DNA of 64,000 nucleotides, taken from the NCBI GenBank assembly GCA_051313645.2, contig JBNRSN020000008.1, forward strand, positions 38,440,001-38,504,000, written 5' to 3'. This stretch comes from Centroscyllium fabricii (taxonomy: Eukaryota). Each line of letters opens with the position of its first letter. The first letter of the stretch is position 1. Below, piece by piece: positions 62,825-64,000 of this stretch. The notes beneath the pieces are model-generated. The model was not told the origin of the DNA. It saw only the letters and a program-made list of their open reading frames with translations, and did no database searches. A program made the position numbers and the translations under genes.

Positions 62825-63569
62825 CAGGTTGTGCACCATTAATCCATTACCCAATAAGCCAGCAGCTTCAGTCTTCCGGAACAAATTTCCCCGAGTGTCC
62901 TGCGCACGCGCAAAATGGGTCGCGTGATCGATGCTTCGGCAAATGATCTGCGCATGCGCCGCCGAACAGCAAGCGCATGCGCAGATCATTCAAAACGGCC
63001 GCCGGAAGAGAAGTGCTGCCTGTGCTCCCAGAATGCTGCGGCTGGGCGGGTGAGGAAGATGGCGCTGAGCGGTCGGCGGTGCAGATACGGGGCAGCTCCC
63101 TTGTAAAAGCTGGGCTGAAGCCGGTGGGAGAATAATGTGAGTGTGAAATGTTTCCCTCGCCGACGTTGTGGATGAAAAGTCCTGCTCCCTCTATGTACGC
63201 GAGGAGTGAGAAGCTCCGCGGCTGCAGCTATCACATCCATAAACATTCCCCCACAAGCTTTAAAATCTTTCTCCCCTCCCGGCTTCTCTAGTTTTGAAAA
63301 AAGGTCATCGACCTGAAACGTCAACTCTGCTCCTCTCTCCACCGATGCTGCCTGGCCTGCTGAGTTTCTCCAGCATTTTTCTGTTGTTATTTAACATTTC
63401 TTTAGGACTCCTCAAAACTTCACGGCGGCCATTTCCAATATTATGCGCATGCGCGTGGCCATTTTTAATGGTGCGTGCATGCGCACTGGCCGGCTTCATT
63501 CTCCAGGTTTTTTCGGTATACCGGCACAGGCCTAGTCCCACCCGTGCCGAATTAACGCTGCACAACCTG
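62825..63569. mobile_element. Tc1/pogo-like MITE with a Penelope-derived insert (about 63290-63392)
   Basis: TIR CAGGTTGTGCA...TGCACAACCTG, TA TSD; ends homologous to 19638-20174. Confidence 0.85.
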
Positions 63570-63579
63570 TAATTATATT

Positions 63580-64000
63580 GGGCCAGAAATTCCAGTCCAT
63601 CGCACGATTAGCACCCGCAGGAGTGGCGCCTAATTCCCCGTGCTAGCTATCGCACGGGGCATGCGCACGAATCCGGGCTTTCCGATGCTGAGGCAGAAGA
63701 GGCCTCAGCATCCAACGCACAAAAGAATAACACCCAAAAATCACAATGTTTTTGGGTGTTATTCTGTGCGCTATCTGTGGACAACTGGGCCTGAAATAGC
63801 ACGGGAAAAAAGGAGTCGTTAACCGTGCGTTAGTGAGAACAGTGCGTTCTTCAAGACGGTAAGTGACTTTTTTAGCGTTTAATTTAAAGTTTTATCAATT
63901 TTAATTGGCTTTTATGATTTATGTGGGCAGTTCACTATTATTTTTTGTTGATGTTAAAGTGTTTTGAAAAATGTTAAAAATCGGATTTTCAATTTTTTAT
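63580..64000. mobile_element. Harbinger-like MITE (family D), runs off the window
   Basis: GGGCCAGAAATTCC start; homologous to the reverse complement of 16230-16491. Confidence 0.75.

Overview
Eukaryotic, repeat-dense vertebrate DNA, very likely a cartilaginous fish (shark/ray), judged from HE1-type V-SINEs, HER1/CR1 LINE tails and a Deu-SINE. It is not prokaryotic: no CRISPR array, rRNA or operon was seen. The window lies inside a + strand voltage-gated Ca2+ channel beta-subunit gene (CACNB3/CACNB4 clade; beta-3 slightly favoured). Five GT-AG coding exons of 77, 20, 81, 59 and 110 nt encode the HOOK region to the start of the GK domain, and the ORF track misses most of them. The introns are filled with nested transposons: four two-LTR Gypsy elements (two CsRn1-clade, one Mag-like, one apparently self-priming with a YLDN RT), a 931-bp miniature LTR element, a solo LTR inside a solo LTR, many CR1 LINE fragments (one near full length, split by about 9 insertions), SINEs, and Harbinger-like and Tc1/pogo-like MITEs. 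The most unusual signals are (i) tiny (about 60-115 bp) Penelope-derived inserts, mostly carrying a whole or partial minimal hammerhead-ribozyme motif and flanked by 9-14 bp target duplications, some forming long hairpins, and (ii) a Gypsy element whose primer-binding site pairs with its own LTR instead of a tRNA. All calls were made by eye; boundaries of old repeats are approximate.
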